Part shown: in pieces, positions 11,736 to 23,869 of the stretch
How the letters are laid out: each line of letters opens with the position of its first letter
How positions within the stretch are numbered: the first letter of the stretch is position 1
From: Carpediemonas membranifera BICM
Taxonomy: Eukaryota > Protista > Fornicata
Assembly: GCA_019828565.1 (NCBI GenBank)
Contig: JAHDYR010000031.1
Coordinates: forward strand, 1 to 64,000
Direction of reading: 5' to 3'
DNA length: 64,000 nt
Program-made: the position numbers and the translations under genes
The notes under the pieces: generated by a model
What the model saw: only the letters and a program-made list of their open reading frames with translations
The model's database searches: none
Told to the model about the DNA's origin: nothing

Positions 11736-12498
11736 TTCGATCGAGATTAAAAATCACCCGAATTCTAGCTCTGTTCTGGCCGCTGCAGGCACCGCTGGGC
11801 GCGATAGAGCTCGGAGCGGCGTTGTCTGCCAAAAAGAGCATATTGCTCCCGGTGAAAATTGAACCCACGATCAGGAGGCTGTGTACAAAGTCTCTTCCCT
11901 CTATGCCACGACTTATGGGAAATCCGCCCTTATTAATCTCCCTACAGGGAATATAGGCCATTTTGGAGGTATGAGCGACCGGGAGGGGGAGATTGGGGGA
12001 CATTTATGGTATGGCTGGACTCTACTCGGGCAGACTATTATAACGAGGCTCAGATCAGACCTCTACGGCAGCTATACGAGGAGAAACGAGCCAATCAGCG
12101 CGCTAGCGGCCCATGGCCGCAGCAGCGCCCAGCCAAACTCAGCTATAGTGTCACCTGAGGCCCCAAATGACGTGCTGATCAGGTCGACTCCCATCTATTG
12201 ACTTGGTAATTGCAGAGGGCGTCTGAACGCGATGTCCTAATAACCGACTTGGTCGGAGCGGTTCGGTGATGACTCCGTTGTATTCCACACCTTCTTCTGA
12301 TGCCGAAACATGCAGTCCTTTATAGTCAACGCGCGTCCTGTCCGTCAGGCATGAAGGGCATTCAGCAGAGGCATTGCTGCGGTCTGCAGGCCGCCCTAGC
12401 GCTTCAGGATGGCCAACTGCATGATCTGGACCCATGTCTATCAAATCCATTTTGATCACATCAAACGTGTGTCAAATCCGGCAAATCGATTTTGCGAT

Positions 12499-12573
12499 TA
12501 AAAAGGGGCAGAGGGGAGGAAGCGACCCATAAGGCGTACCTATGGACCATTTCCTCCCCCCTGCCCGTTTTTT
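12499..12573. other. Long stem-loop (second copy at ~18779-18853)
   Basis: GGGCAG-AGGGGAGGAA ... TTCCTCCCC-CTGCCC arms with an inner CCATA/TATGG stem, flanked by A and T runs. Confidence 0.8.
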
Positions 12574-12736
12574 GAGTCTCAACTCTCAATTCCAATTTGT
12601 CCCTATGTTACTTTTTTCTAGCAGGATTTAAAGTTTGATACTGCGCATGCGTATTGCTTAGGTATAGCCAAGTACTACCATACCACTTTGAAGATCCAGC
12701 TCCGGCTCATCGTCGAGTTCATTTTTTCTTGCAACC

Positions 12737-12795
12737 GTAGATAATCTAGGTTTTTTAGGCCCTAGATTATCTAGAAAAAATCGTAGATTATCTAC
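12737..12795. repeat. Three copies of the quasi-palindrome TAGATWATCTA (second set at 19017-19075)
   Basis: Copies at 12738, 12763 and 12784. Confidence 0.9.
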
Positions 12796-12903
12796 CGACT
12801 TTCACAGTATGTTGGAACAGCTGATGAGGAAGTTGTCTCAACTGGGGCAGTTCCTCAGGTCGAAGAGCCTGACGAGTAAACTATATCCATTGATTTATCA
12901 GTG

Positions 12904-13905
12904 TTACTTACCAAACCGAGTAAAGGAGCTACGGGTAAACTGCTCCAACAGCTTTCGAGCCTGAGGCGAAGGCTGCGGACAATACCAGCTGCGAGTAGTT
13001 TTGTTTTCGACCAGATTGTTTTGTTTGGCGTCTGCAGTCGCCTCGCACGGTTTCTGCCAAGTTCTGGTCACCCACGGCTCCTCCCACTTGGTGAGGTGAT
13101 AGCCGGACTCAAACTTGGAGATAGAGTCTATGGCATAGTGCATCACAGTGTCAGTGAGCTGAACAGCAGTCACCTCTCCAGTGACGAGATCGGATGTGCT
13201 CGTAAAGTTGGCCCAGTCAATAAAGTCCTTGAAGACTTCAGGAGAAATCTTGCGAAGGGCATAGTGCTCCCACCAGACCGTGAAAGCAGTAGGATGGCTG
13301 ACGATTGCGTAAGCCCTCTTGGCCACACTCGTCGGTGCGATGGTAATGCACGCCTTCCTGACCTTGTCGCTCGGTAGTCTCATGCGCCTCACCTTAGCAG
13401 CAATGTCACACCAAACAACCAAGTCCTGCACGTCTTTGAGCAGTGCGAGGGTGGTGTCGATCGACATTGACGACGGATCACCAGCACCGAAACCTGCGAA
13501 GACTGTCGTCTGAATGTCGACTGCCACAGAGCCCGAGAACGACACAAGAAGGCTGTTCGTTCTCTCCATCATCCACTTACTGCCACACTGAGTGCATAGC
13601 CAAGCGGAAAAGAACGAGCTGCGGACATCGGCCCTGATTTTGGCTGTGTTACCGTTATTCTCGCCCTCGTTAAGCCTACTGATTGTGAATAGCGAGTACT
13701 TGTCCATAAAGAGCTCAAAAGCTTCCTTAAAAGCCGTTGTCTCTTGCTGTTGGGTGCTTGACGTGATAGTGTTCATTTCCATCCGTGCAGAGCCCAGCCG
13801 AACGTCTCTAGACATAGTCTGAGCGGCGTAACTAGCCTGCCAGGGTCCGTGTACACAGTATGTGTCTTGGCCAAGCTTGACTTCGTCGGTTGGCCGAAAA
13901 AGCAT
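12904..13905 (-). CDS. Hypothetical protein (~333 aa) whose N-terminus lies within the R repeat
   Basis: Long open frame with protein-like composition. ATG 13905 sits in GCAGTTTATG; alternative start at 13815. Confidence 0.55.
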   Translation of the reverse strand: MLFRPTDEVKLGQDTYCVHGPWQASYAAQTMSRDVRLGSARMEMNTITSSTQQQETTAFKEAFELFMDKYSLFTISRLNEGENNGNTAKIRADVRSSFFSAWLCTQCGSKWMMERTNSLLVSFSGSVAVDIQTTVFAGFGAGDPSSMSIDTTLALLKDVQDLVVWCDIAAKVRRMRLPSDKVRKACITIAPTSVAKRAYAIVSHPTAFTVWWEHYALRKISPEVFKDFIDWANFTSTSDLVTGEVTAVQLTDTVMHYAIDSISKFESGYHLTKWEEPWVTRTWQKPCEATADAKQNNLVENKTTRSWYCPQPSPQARKLLEQFTRSSFTRFGK

Positions 13906-14326
13906 AAACTGCACGGGTCCAGGTCGGCAACCGTTGCCGACCTGGAAGCCGCTCCTTGGGCGTTGAAGAACAGAAGAGAAAGCGATCAGCGATGCTTTTT
14001 ATGCAGTATTAAGCAGGTTGTGCGCGTCAAATGTCCGGTAATGCATTCGTCACCATCTAATCAACATCAACTCTTTTTCTCGGCAATGCAGAGGAGAATG
14101 CCCGTCACTAAAGGATGATTTGGTACTGAATAAACATTATAATGAGACTGGAATGCTTGTGGACACGAAAACAGCAATGACAACATCGGGAGCAAGACAA
14201 GAAGATGATTCAGATTTATGAGGGAGAGGACGCCAGGGATGACGGCGCCAGGGATGAGGCGCCAGGATGAGGGCGCCAGGATTACCTTAAGCTCTGCCGA
14301 CCTGGTGGCTTTACAAAAAGCTCAGG

Positions 14327-14884
14327 ATGAGGATGGTCCAGCTCCACGACCAGCGTAATCCCGATGGGGTCGACACGGGGGAGGGTGAGTCTGACGATGA
14401 GGCGCTGTTTGACGAGACAGCTGGCGAGGCAGAGATGCCGGAGACCGCAGTGGAGGGCGAGTTTGACGATGAGGCCGGGTTGGAGATGCTGGAAGGAGAG
14501 TGGGAGGATGAGGAGAGTTCAGACAGCGATGCCGAGGATAGCCTCGTCGACAACCTGTCATTTCTTCAGTCACAACAGGTTGAGTGTGATATGTCTGAGA
14601 GAGATACCGATGAGGGTGTCCGTAGCGGGGCCAATGGAAGTGGGCTCGCTCCGCTCTATGACGCTATGAAGACCAGGGAGCCCAGCAGACGCATTCGCCT
14701 TCGCCGCTATCACGAGAGCGAGTCAGACTTGGGCAGCAGCAGCGACAGCGAGGACGGGATGCCGAAGCTGCCCGTTGAGGCCTTTGAGCACATCCGTGAT
14801 GCCGGGATGACAACTGTGAGGCTGACGAGGGCCGAGTATGACGACGTGATGGAGAAGAGAGAGCAGGAAAAGCACCAGAAGTAA
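14327..14884 (+). pseudogene. Truncated acidic ORF copy
   Basis: Same peptide as 1860-2417. Confidence 0.6.
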
Positions 14885-15429
14885 ATGGCGAGTGATTATC
14901 AACTGGATGCAGAGGCTGAGCGGCGTAACTAGCCTGCCAGGGTCCGTGTACACAGTATGTGTCTTGGCCAAGCTTGACTTCGTCGGTTGGCCGAAAAAGC
15001 ATAAACTGCACGGGTCCAGGTCGGCAACCGTTGCCGACCTGGAAGCCGCTCCTTGGGCGTTGAAGAACAGAAGAGAAAGCGATCAGCGATGCGTTTATGC
15101 AGTATTAAGCAGGTTGTGCGCGTCAAATGCTTGGTAATGCCTTTCCCCGCAAGCTAATCAACATCATCATTCTTTCTCTTCCGTATTAATGCGAGCGAAC
15201 AGCAATAAAGACCATTTGGCACTAACTTAACACTACAATGAGACTGGCAAGCAATGGGAGCACAGAGACAGTAACAACATCAAGAAGACCTCTCGATTTA
15301 CGAGAGGGGCCGAAACGCCGCTGAAGAGGCCGCGGGCCAAGATGCCAGGGAACGAGCGCATGGAGGGTGCCTGAGCTGCAGCTTAGCTTGCTTATTATTG
15401 ATTTATAAACGGGTCGAATTCTGAGAACG

Positions 15430-16137
15430 ATGTCGGAAGAAACGATCGTAATCCCCTCGGAGGGTTCTAGCATGTCTCGTCATGACTATGAGCTGCTGTT
15501 TGACAAAAATACCGGCAGACTTGAAGGATATTGACTGGAAGCAGGAGGGTAGCTCGTTCCTGGACCGGGACATCACGATAGCGGCCAACGGTGTCTCCAA
15601 GAGCGTACAGCTGTACATGACTGATCAGCGCACGCTATATGGAGGCACCGCTGGCAAGGGCATCGCGTCTCGTGCCGAAATCCCTGCGAAGAGCATCATC
15701 GGCCTGTACTGCGGCCGACTGATCGACTTCCAGCCGGATGACCCCACGTACTGCACTCGCGTTGGCACGACGAAGTTCGCTATGGATGCGTCTTCACTGA
15801 TGGGCAAGCTTGGAGTCCACACGGTGAACGACAACTCTGCTGTTTGTAACATGCCTCTCCCCCAATTATTTAGTACCACAATGTCAGTGCTCTTCTGTGC
15901 CATGTTTGTGTGGAGGATGCAGTCTTGCCTGTCATTGTATATGAAGCAAGCGTTGACATTCGTCCGTTTGAGTTCCTCTCGGTCGCCTACGAAGATGACT
16001 ATTGGGCTGACCCCTTTGCTTGCCGGCCTCTCGTTGTCGCTGACTTCGAGACACTGCTGACCGACAAAGAGATGACGAAGGAAGGCAAGTTGACCTTGGC
16101 ATTGCAGTTCTTCGACAAGGTATCCACGAAGAAATAA
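15430..16137 (+). CDS. SET-domain protein, copy 2 (intron 15842-15873)
   Basis: Duplicate of 9146-9853 with one I/T substitution. Confidence 0.75.
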
Positions 16138-16397
16138 ATATCTGTCTGATTGAGTGATAGTCAAGCGCCACGGGTGATACTACGTCCGCCAACCTTACCT
16201 TGCCTTTAAGTATGCCAGTACAAAGCACTCACGTGTTACCTTACCATGTAAACAGAGAAATGTGGCATTTATCAGTTGAAGCAACGCCCAGCCCACATCA
16301 ATATGGGCTGTAGGTTACGTTTCTGCTGTCTCTAGACGCGCAGTGATCTCACTTACCACCGAACATTTCTTTAGAATTTCGTTCTGAAGAAACCGAT

Positions 16398-17326
16398 ATG
16401 AGCTCTGGGGCGAAGGATTCAGCAGGATACGCCAGCATGATGTTTGAAGCGCTACTGAGGATGATTCCGAAGCTGCAGGAGTACATCGCGAGGTACCGTG
16501 GTGACGGTGGCGAGATGGATCCGGCTATGCTTTTGCAAGCGATCCTACATCGTGTTCCTGATCTTCACCACGCTGATAAGAGACATATACGCGAGCTGTT
16601 GGCAGCTCGAAACTCAATCTGCCACAATCGCGATGTTTCCAGTGCTGCCGATTTTGCATCCTTTGAGATGTCGGTCACATGCGTCATGTCGTTTGTGACG
16701 CAGAAGGTGGGCCGTGATGACGGCTTCAATGCCTTCATGGAGGCTCTGCACAACGAGGCGAACGGGGGCCGACCAGGACGCGAGTTCACCCGCAAGCCCC
16801 TTCCCGCAGGGGCTCCCAGCCTGTCAAGATAGTCGAGAAGCGGGTTGAGGTACCTGTTTACATGACTGCGCTGGGTCCTGATCCTGATAAGCCGAGGATG
16901 GTGGGAAAATGCCAGCAGTTTTCGCCACAGGGTGAGCATGCAGAGACTCAGACTGTGCGAGACCTAGAGGAGGCGTCTACTCAGACAGAGCTCTTGGTTG
17001 AGCCTGTTAGTACCCTGCGCACGGATGAATTATCTCGACGCGTCGTCAAGACCGCGATGTGCGATCTGCTTCGACAGAAGCTGAAGGAGAAGCCACCGAT
17101 CGTATTAGCAGGGTCATGCGTTGTGTGCGGTGGGTCCGTGGACGATAGAGAGTGGGCCTGCACGCGACGTGGCACCAAGACGCCGAAGTCTAGCTGCCGA
17201 GATTTGTTGAAGCAGGCCACTGTTGATGCTTCAGCCGCAAGAGCAACAAAGAAGGCGCACGACACACGTAAGGTATATTTGACGGGAAAGGCAGTGGCCT
17301 GGCTTAACTCGCAGATGGAGAAATAA
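16398..17326 (+). CDS. HEPN/Cys-cluster protein, copy 2 (G-run frameshift at ~16766)
   Basis: Duplicate of 10114-11044 with a different homopolymer indel. Confidence 0.6.
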
Positions 17327-17358
17327 AAGATTCAGAGTCAATGGATATGTTTACAGCT

Positions 17359-18016
17359 TCAGTCATTCCATCTGTCGTCAGGGGTATCCAGATCGGACAG
17401 GGAGATGGGTCTTTTCAGACTCTGCATCCCCGCTTCGTGCAGGATACGGTTCGCGTGCCTGACTGTCATGGGGGACTACCCCAGAGCGAATCAAGGTCCT
17501 TGGACATCCAGATAAGGGTCTCAAAGGCAGGGTGATCCACGGCAGCCTCTTGCATCAACTCCTGTAGCGCGGGTCTAAGTCACGTAGGTCTGCGACATAC
17601 GATCCCAGCCGGCAGAGAGCAACGACTAGGGCGAGCTGACGGTGGTACTCGGCAATGTCGTACTTCAGAGCACCCGTGAGCTTGTCGTACTCTTCCTCAG
17701 TCAGCACCTGGCGTGCCGGAAGCGTGTGAGTCCTTATCCTGCAAATTAGGTCGGTTTCGGCACCAGCAGTGCGAAGAAGGCGAACGAGAGCCTGTTGAGG
17801 CATCGAGATGGACTTGTACCGTCCAAAACGGCAACAGAAGGACAGAGAGTCCAGAAACTGTTCGAATACGTCACTATTTTGTCGGATCTCTGTGATAATA
17901 ACAACATCAGCATCCTCATCGTCGCACTCAAGGTAAACGCACAGTTTTTGATATGTCTGCTTGTATTGCTCCTTCGTAGAGCGCTTCAGTCCCTCTAGAG
18001 CGTGCTTCAGCAGCAT
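17359..18016 (-). CDS. Degenerate tyrosine-recombinase-fold protein, copy 2 (G-run frameshift at ~17472)
   Basis: Duplicate of 11077-11735. Confidence 0.45.
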
Positions 18017-19088
18017 TTCGATCGAGATTAAAAATCACCCGAATTCTAGCTCTGTTCTGGCCGCTGCAGGCACCGCTGGGCGCGATAGAGCTCGGAGCGG
18101 CGTTGTCTGCCAAAAAGAGCATATTGCTCCCGGTGAAAATTGAACCCACGATCAGGAGGCTGTGTACAAAGTCTCTTCCCTCTATGCCACGACTTATGGG
18201 AAATCCGCCCTTATTAATCTCCCTACAGGGAATATAGGCCATTTTGGAGGTATGAGCGACCGGGAGGGGGAGATTGGGGGACATTTATGGTATGGCTGGA
18301 CTCTACTCGGGCAGACTATTATAACGAGGCTCAGATCAGACCTCTACGGCAGCTATACGAGGAGAAACGAGCCAATCAGCGCGCTAGCGGCCCATGGCCG
18401 CAGCAGCGCCCAGCCAAACTCAGCTATAGTGTCACCTGAGGCCCCAAATGACGTGCTGATCAGGTCGACTCCCATCTATTGACTTGGTAATTGCAGAGGG
18501 CGTCTGAACGCGATGTCCTAATAACCGACTTGGTCGGAGCGGTTCGGCGATGACTCCGTTGTATTCCACACCTTCTTCTGATGCCGAAACATGCAGTCCT
18601 TTATAGTCAACGCGCGTCCTGTCCGTCAGGCATGAAGGGCATTCAGCAGAGGCATTGCTGCGGTCTGCAGGCCGCCCTAGCGCTTCAGGATGGCCAACTG
18701 CATGATCTGGACCCATGTCTATCAAATCCATTTTGATCACATCAAACGTGTGTCAAATCCGGCAAATCAGAAGTCAATAAAAAAAGGGCAGAGGGGAGGA
18801 AGCGACCCATAAGGCGTACCTATGGACCATTTCCTCCCCCCTGCCCGTTTTTTGAGTCTCAACTCTCAATTCCAATTTGTCCCTATGTTACTTTTTTCTA
18901 GCAGGATTTAAAGTTTGATACTGCGCATGCGTATTGCTTAGGTATAGCCAAGTACTACCATACCACTTTGAAGATCCAGCTCCGGCTCATCGTCGAGTTC
19001 ATTTTTTCTTGCAACCGTAGATAATCTAGGTTTTTTAGGCCCTAGATTATCTAGAAAAAATCGTAGATTATCTACCGACTTTCACAGT

Positions 19089-21834
19089 ATGTACCCCGAC
19101 ATGGTGTCGTTGGGAATCCTTCCCCAGGCATACGCCGACGAGCGTGACGATGACGAGGTCGAGATTCCAGACGTGTACAAGTACCAGGCTCCACTCTTCA
19201 CCATGTCACAGACCAGCGTCGACCGACAAGCCAAGCTCATAAGACGTTACAGCGACGTGTTCGAGGACCGGAGCGAACCTAGCCGCCTTGAGCCTTACGA
19301 CCTCATACTGCGCGAAGACCGTGTAGTCAACGCTAGACCATACTTCGTCCCGCCAGCCAAGGTAGACATTATACGGGAGCACATTGACGAGCTGTCCCTT
19401 AAGGGTTTTATTGAGAAGAGCAACTCTCCATACGCATCCCCAGCCATGACGGTGCCGAAGAAGGGCGGGAAGTCGCGCTTCGTGGTGGATTTCCGGCAGA
19501 TCAATGAGATCACCCCCACCTTCGACTACCCGATTCCGATGATCGACGAGGTGATCGCCCAACTACCGAACAAGAAGATCTTCGCCACATTAGATCTGTC
19601 ATCTGGGTATCACCAGGTCGAGCTGACCAAACGCTGCAGGAAGTACACCGCATTCACTACCATCCTCGGTCAATACCAATATACCAGAATGCCGTTCGGG
19701 CTGAGGAACGCGGGTGCCCACTTCCAGCGCGCCATGGAGTCAGCGTTCGCCGAACTGGTCGGTCACGCGTGTTACATATATATCGACGATATCATCGTCT
19801 TCGGGGAAGACGAGGAAGACTACCTCAGAAACCTCGAGAGCGTTCTGCAGCGCACCCGACAGGTCAAGTTACAGCTCAACCGTGACAAATGCCAGTTTTC
19901 GAGGGCCGAGGTCGAGTTCCTGGGCAGGGTCATATCCCATGGTTGTCAACGCATCGCAGCAGACCGCATTCAAGACATCCTCGATCTCGAAATGCCCAAG
20001 TCAGTCAAAGGAATGCAAGCGCTCGTCGGGTTCCTCAACTACTTCCGGGACCACGTCCCCGGGTTCGCAGAAGTCGTTCACCCCTTGACACAAGCGATGG
20101 CCGCCAAGATCCCGCTGGGAGGCGACGAGCAAGAGCAAGCATTACGCAAAGTCAAGACACTGCTCGCCCAAGCAGAAGCACTCGCCATCTTCGATGCGTC
20201 CAAGGAGCACACCATCATGACCGATGCATCAGGAGTAGGTTATGGCGCGGTGCTGTTGCAAGAAGGTCAACCCGTCTGCTTTATGAGCAAGGCCTTCGAA
20301 CCAAGTGCAATCGCGGTGGTCCGTCGGTGAGAAGGAAGCATTCGCCATCGTAGCTGCTATCAAGCGGTGGAACAAGTACCTCTCCTGGGGGAAGTTTACC
20401 CTGCTCACTGACCATCGCAACCTAATTTACATGTACAAGTCGACTAACGCCAAGGTCCGCAGATGGGCGGAGGCGATGTCCGACATGGACTTCGACGTCA
20501 AGCACGTAGCCGGCCTCGATAACGGTGGGGCTGACGGCTTATCGCGAGTGTACGTCATACAGCCTGCATCAGAAGGCGACGTCGAAGCAGAGCACCTCAC
20601 CGCTGGGGCCCACTTATCACGACGCGTTGTAACTGAACGACTCAAAGACCAAGGCAAGTCAGTGTCGCGTGAGACGGTCAACAAGGTCATCGAAAACTGC
20701 CCGGTGTGCCAGGTGATTAGACGCCTCCCGGTTGACAGCCCAGCAGGATTACACACAGCCGTAGATCGCCCATTTCGTAGGGTGGCAGTCGACACGATGG
20801 GGCCGTTCCCAGCCGTCGACGGCAAAGCTTACATTACAGTCATGATCGACATGTGCAGTCGGTGGACGGAGCTAGTCGCGTCTTCGAATACCACCGGCGC
20901 GGCAGCAGCAGACGCCCTCGTCAACAACTGGATATTGCGCTTCGGGTGCCCTGAGGTTCTCCAATCCGACGGAGGACCAGAGTTCAAGAACCAACTCTTC
21001 AAGCGCATCGCAGATGAGATGGGGTTCAAGATCCATATTACCACGGCTCACCACCCGCAATCCAATGGGATGGTAGAGCGCGCCAACCAGCAGGTGCTAC
21101 GCATCCTTAAGGCACGCAAGTTCCAGCTCAGAGGGTCAACCTGGATCGAGAATTTACCTGTCGCCCAGTTCATCGTCAATTCATCACCGCGCACGGCAAC
21201 ACGTCTGTCTCCAGCCGAGATAGTACTCGGATACGACCTGAGGATACCACAGAACGTGTATGTGACCGATTCCAGTACCGCGAGCGCGAGCGAGTCCCAC
21301 AGAGAGGCGGCCGCAGCAGCTATCCAGCTCGCCAGCAGCCGAGTTCAAGCAATGAGAGAGGACGCACTCGCCAAGGCCACCGCATCGAGAAACGAGATCA
21401 TTAGCAGATTCGTCCTGGTCAAGTACCCCTCTAGACCTCCGAACAAGTTGTCACCTGGGTGGAGAGGACCAATGCGAAGGCTCGCCGGAGTGAAACAACA
21501 CGGTGTCGTTGTCGCGTATAAGGTCCTAGACCTGTCCGAGAAGGACAACTCGAAAGCGATCACGGTAGACGCATCGAGAGTTCGGAAGTTCAATCCAGGC
21601 AGACTGACAGAGGACCAGATCAAAGCACTCGCAGCAACGGCTGACGACGAGTGGGAAGTCGAGCGAATCAGCCGATCTCGGGGTCGAGGCCCGATGTCCA
21701 AACGGGAATACCTCGTCCACTGGGCCGGGTGTGAGGACGAAGAGGCCACCTGGCAAGACTATTCGTCAGTTAAGGACCTTGAGGCACTAGACGTATACCT
21801 GAAGTCAGACGAGGCTAGGCAAGCCGGTCTGTAA
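19089..21834 (+). CDS. pol: Gypsy Pol fragment (RT, RNase H, integrase, chromodomain); 1-nt frameshift at ~20304
   Basis: LDLSSGYHQ, MPFGLRNA, YIDD; TDAS, EKEAFA, TDHRNL; H..H..CPVC, VDTMGP, SDGG, NGMVER; EWEVERI...YLVHWAG...ATW. Confidence 0.92.
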
Positions 21835-21867
21835 ATCTTCAGCAGAGCCTCAGTTCAGACATTTATC

Positions 21868-23100
21868 TTATTCCAAAACACCACCGCAGAGAGCACCCTT
21901 CGCGTCCTCAGACCGGGTGCAGTATCGAACCAACTCGGGATGAGCAGCGAAGAACTTGACCCCAGCCTGACTGTCACGGATAGTCTCGGTCGCCTTGACA
22001 ATCGAGCTGTACTCGCGCCGAGCGTAGTGCACGAGCAGACGAAGGGAGCCCTCATGCAAGCGGTAGCCAACGATCGCCGTCAACTCGTATAAGCGGCGTG
22101 GCTCGTTATAGTCGAGCGCGACCGGAAGAACATTATCACCGTCGATGACGAACTGGAAATTGTCCATCAGGGAATGACGCACATGACCGAAGCCGGTGGG
22201 GGTCCGGATCGCCTCGATGTATTGGCGACTGAACTCCCGCACGTCGGCAGAGTCAAGAATGCCCTGAGCGTGACCAACGATCATCATGTCATACAGGTCG
22301 GGGTCATTACCCAACATGATGGCCCGGCGCAGGTGAGGTGTCATGACCGTATAACCTCGTCCCGAGAGAAGCTGAATCCGCTCACGCAGCTCCTGATGAC
22401 AGAGCGTGCGCGAGTTCACGTCGAGCCGTCTGAGGTGCAAAGTCACCAGATCTTGATCGGTCGGATCACCGGTTCGACCCAGCACAGCCCGGGTGTGGTA
22501 CTCACGTGATAGAGCTAACAGCACGAGACCGTCGCGACAGATGTCACGGGCCACGACCGAAGAGGTTTCGGTCACCGTGAGGTGCCCGTATGCGTAGAGC
22601 ATACCGGCACGGAGCGCGGCCAGGGTGCCAGCGACGTCCAAGGTGATGTAGCTCAGGCCAGCATCAGCAACAGCCGTGATCATCTCCTCCAGTGAGAAGT
22701 GCGCAGTCGTTTCCTGGTCCGAACCCGAGTTGTCACCACCCGTCGGTCGGGAGTCATCATCGCTCGGCACAGCCTCAATCTCGCCCGAACTATCCTGATG
22801 GGTGGGCCGAGAGCTCTCGCCAAGCACGTCGTCGCCTCCCGTGCCGGCGTCGTTACTGGGAGAAGGCGTAGGCGAGCGAGAGGCCTCGGGAGCGCTTTCA
22901 AGACCCTCAGTAGAGGCAGCGGGTGCAACACTCGCGCCACGGGCAGTGTCGGCGCGGAACAAAGCGTGGTATTCGCTGACCGTAGGGAAGAAGCGCTCGC
23001 GATCGAGATAACGGTTGAGGAACCGTTTGAAGGCCGTTCGGGCCTTCTCATCGTCAAGTAGTGCCAACATCTGCGTAATCTGTGCACTAACGTCCGACAT
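21868..23100 (-). CDS. Antisense accessory ORF of the gypsy element (~410 aa) with a C-terminal chromodomain-like segment
   Basis: Long ORF from MSDVSAQ, convergent with pol and inside the PPT/LTR boundary. LYELTAIVGYRLHEGSLRLLVHY resembles a chromo fold. Confidence 0.6.
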   Translation of the reverse strand: MSDVSAQITQMLALLDDEKARTAFKRFLNRYLDRERFFPTVSEYHALFRADTARGASVAPAASTEGLESAPEASRSPTPSPSNDAGTGGDDVLGESSRPTHQDSSGEIEAVPSDDDSRPTGGDNSGSDQETTAHFSLEEMITAVADAGLSYITLDVAGTLAALRAGMLYAYGHLTVTETSSVVARDICRDGLVLLALSREYHTRAVLGRTGDPTDQDLVTLHLRRLDVNSRTLCHQELRERIQLLSGRGYTVMTPHLRRAIMLGNDPDLYDMMIVGHAQGILDSADVREFSRQYIEAIRTPTGFGHVRHSLMDNFQFVIDGDNVLPVALDYNEPRRLYELTAIVGYRLHEGSLRLLVHYARREYSSIVKATETIRDSQAGVKFFAAHPELVRYCTRSEDAKGALCGGVLE

Positions 23101-23753
23101 TGACTGTTCGTTGCTTCCCGTTTTCACTGGGAAATGAACGACTCGAAAGAAACCGTAACCATCACTAACAGATCCGGATACACAGGTATTTATGCTCAAT
23201 TTGAGCACGACTGATGTTATTAATGACGAAGGAAGGCTTTTACAGCCGCGAGAGAGAACGTCGCTTCGTCCAAAACAAAAAACGCGAGAACTCGCGAACG
23301 AAGCCGAATTGAGGCCTCTAAGGGCGTTTTTCAAACGCTATATAAGAAGTACGGCGACGTAGTGTACAAACCGAGAGAAACACAACGATCATCACAATGC
23401 GCAGTTTTAGACGCTCATTCGAGCTATTCAAATTCTAACGGCCGTTTTACGACCGTGGAGGGGCGGAATGCCTCACGTAAGATCATCCATATTACATAGC
23501 GCGCTAACCAGTGGTACCACGACCGGATTTTTTGAGATCCACAGATATTTTCCGAATCTTTTAGATTCACATCGCCAGTTCTGGCACCAGACTTGAACAA
23601 GGTATTCACCCTTGTACCCCGCCAAGGTGCAAGAGTTCTGCGGTCCAATGAGTGGCATCGGAGGTCTCGGAACTGGTCAAGTCCCTCATCGTACATCAGT
23701 ACGAGTGGCATACGCCTGAGGCCATGGCCCCTTTGGGGTCCATGGAGGGGCGG

Positions 23754-23820
23754 TGTCGTGGGTCTTACCCAATATTTACATAGTAACATTATTTACATAG
23801 TCTTCAGGTTTCTGTCGACA
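23754..23820 (+). repeat. Putative 67-bp 3' LTR
   Basis: TGTCG...CGACA termini, immediately after GGAGGGGCGG. Contains TATTTACATAGT twice. No partner LTR is present to confirm it. Confidence 0.6.
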
Positions 23821-23869
23821 CTTTTGGTGTCGTCTCTTTTCCTCATAAAGTGTTCTTGTCCTAAACGGA

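Larger units (their letters stand above)
7618..12812 (+). repeat. Copy 1 of a ~5.2-kb direct duplication
   Basis: Nearly identical to 13901-19092 (offset ~6280-6284). Confidence 0.95.
13901..19092 (+). repeat. Copy 2 of the ~5.2-kb direct duplication, ending at the junction with gypsy pol
   Basis: Identity with copy 1 ends at CACAGTATGT (19092). Confidence 0.95.
19089..23820 (+). mobile_element. 5'-truncated chromodomain-bearing Ty3/gypsy LTR retrotransposon
   Basis: RT-RNaseH-integrase-chromodomain order. A polypurine tract at 23744-23753 is followed by TGTCG...CGACA. No gag, protease or 5' LTR. Confidence 0.85.

Noticed and set aside
12821-12882. CTGATGA and CTGACGA with a hairpin, suggesting a hammerhead ribozyme
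   Set aside because: No GAAA follows stem II and there are no stems I/III. The sequence reads better as a short exon.
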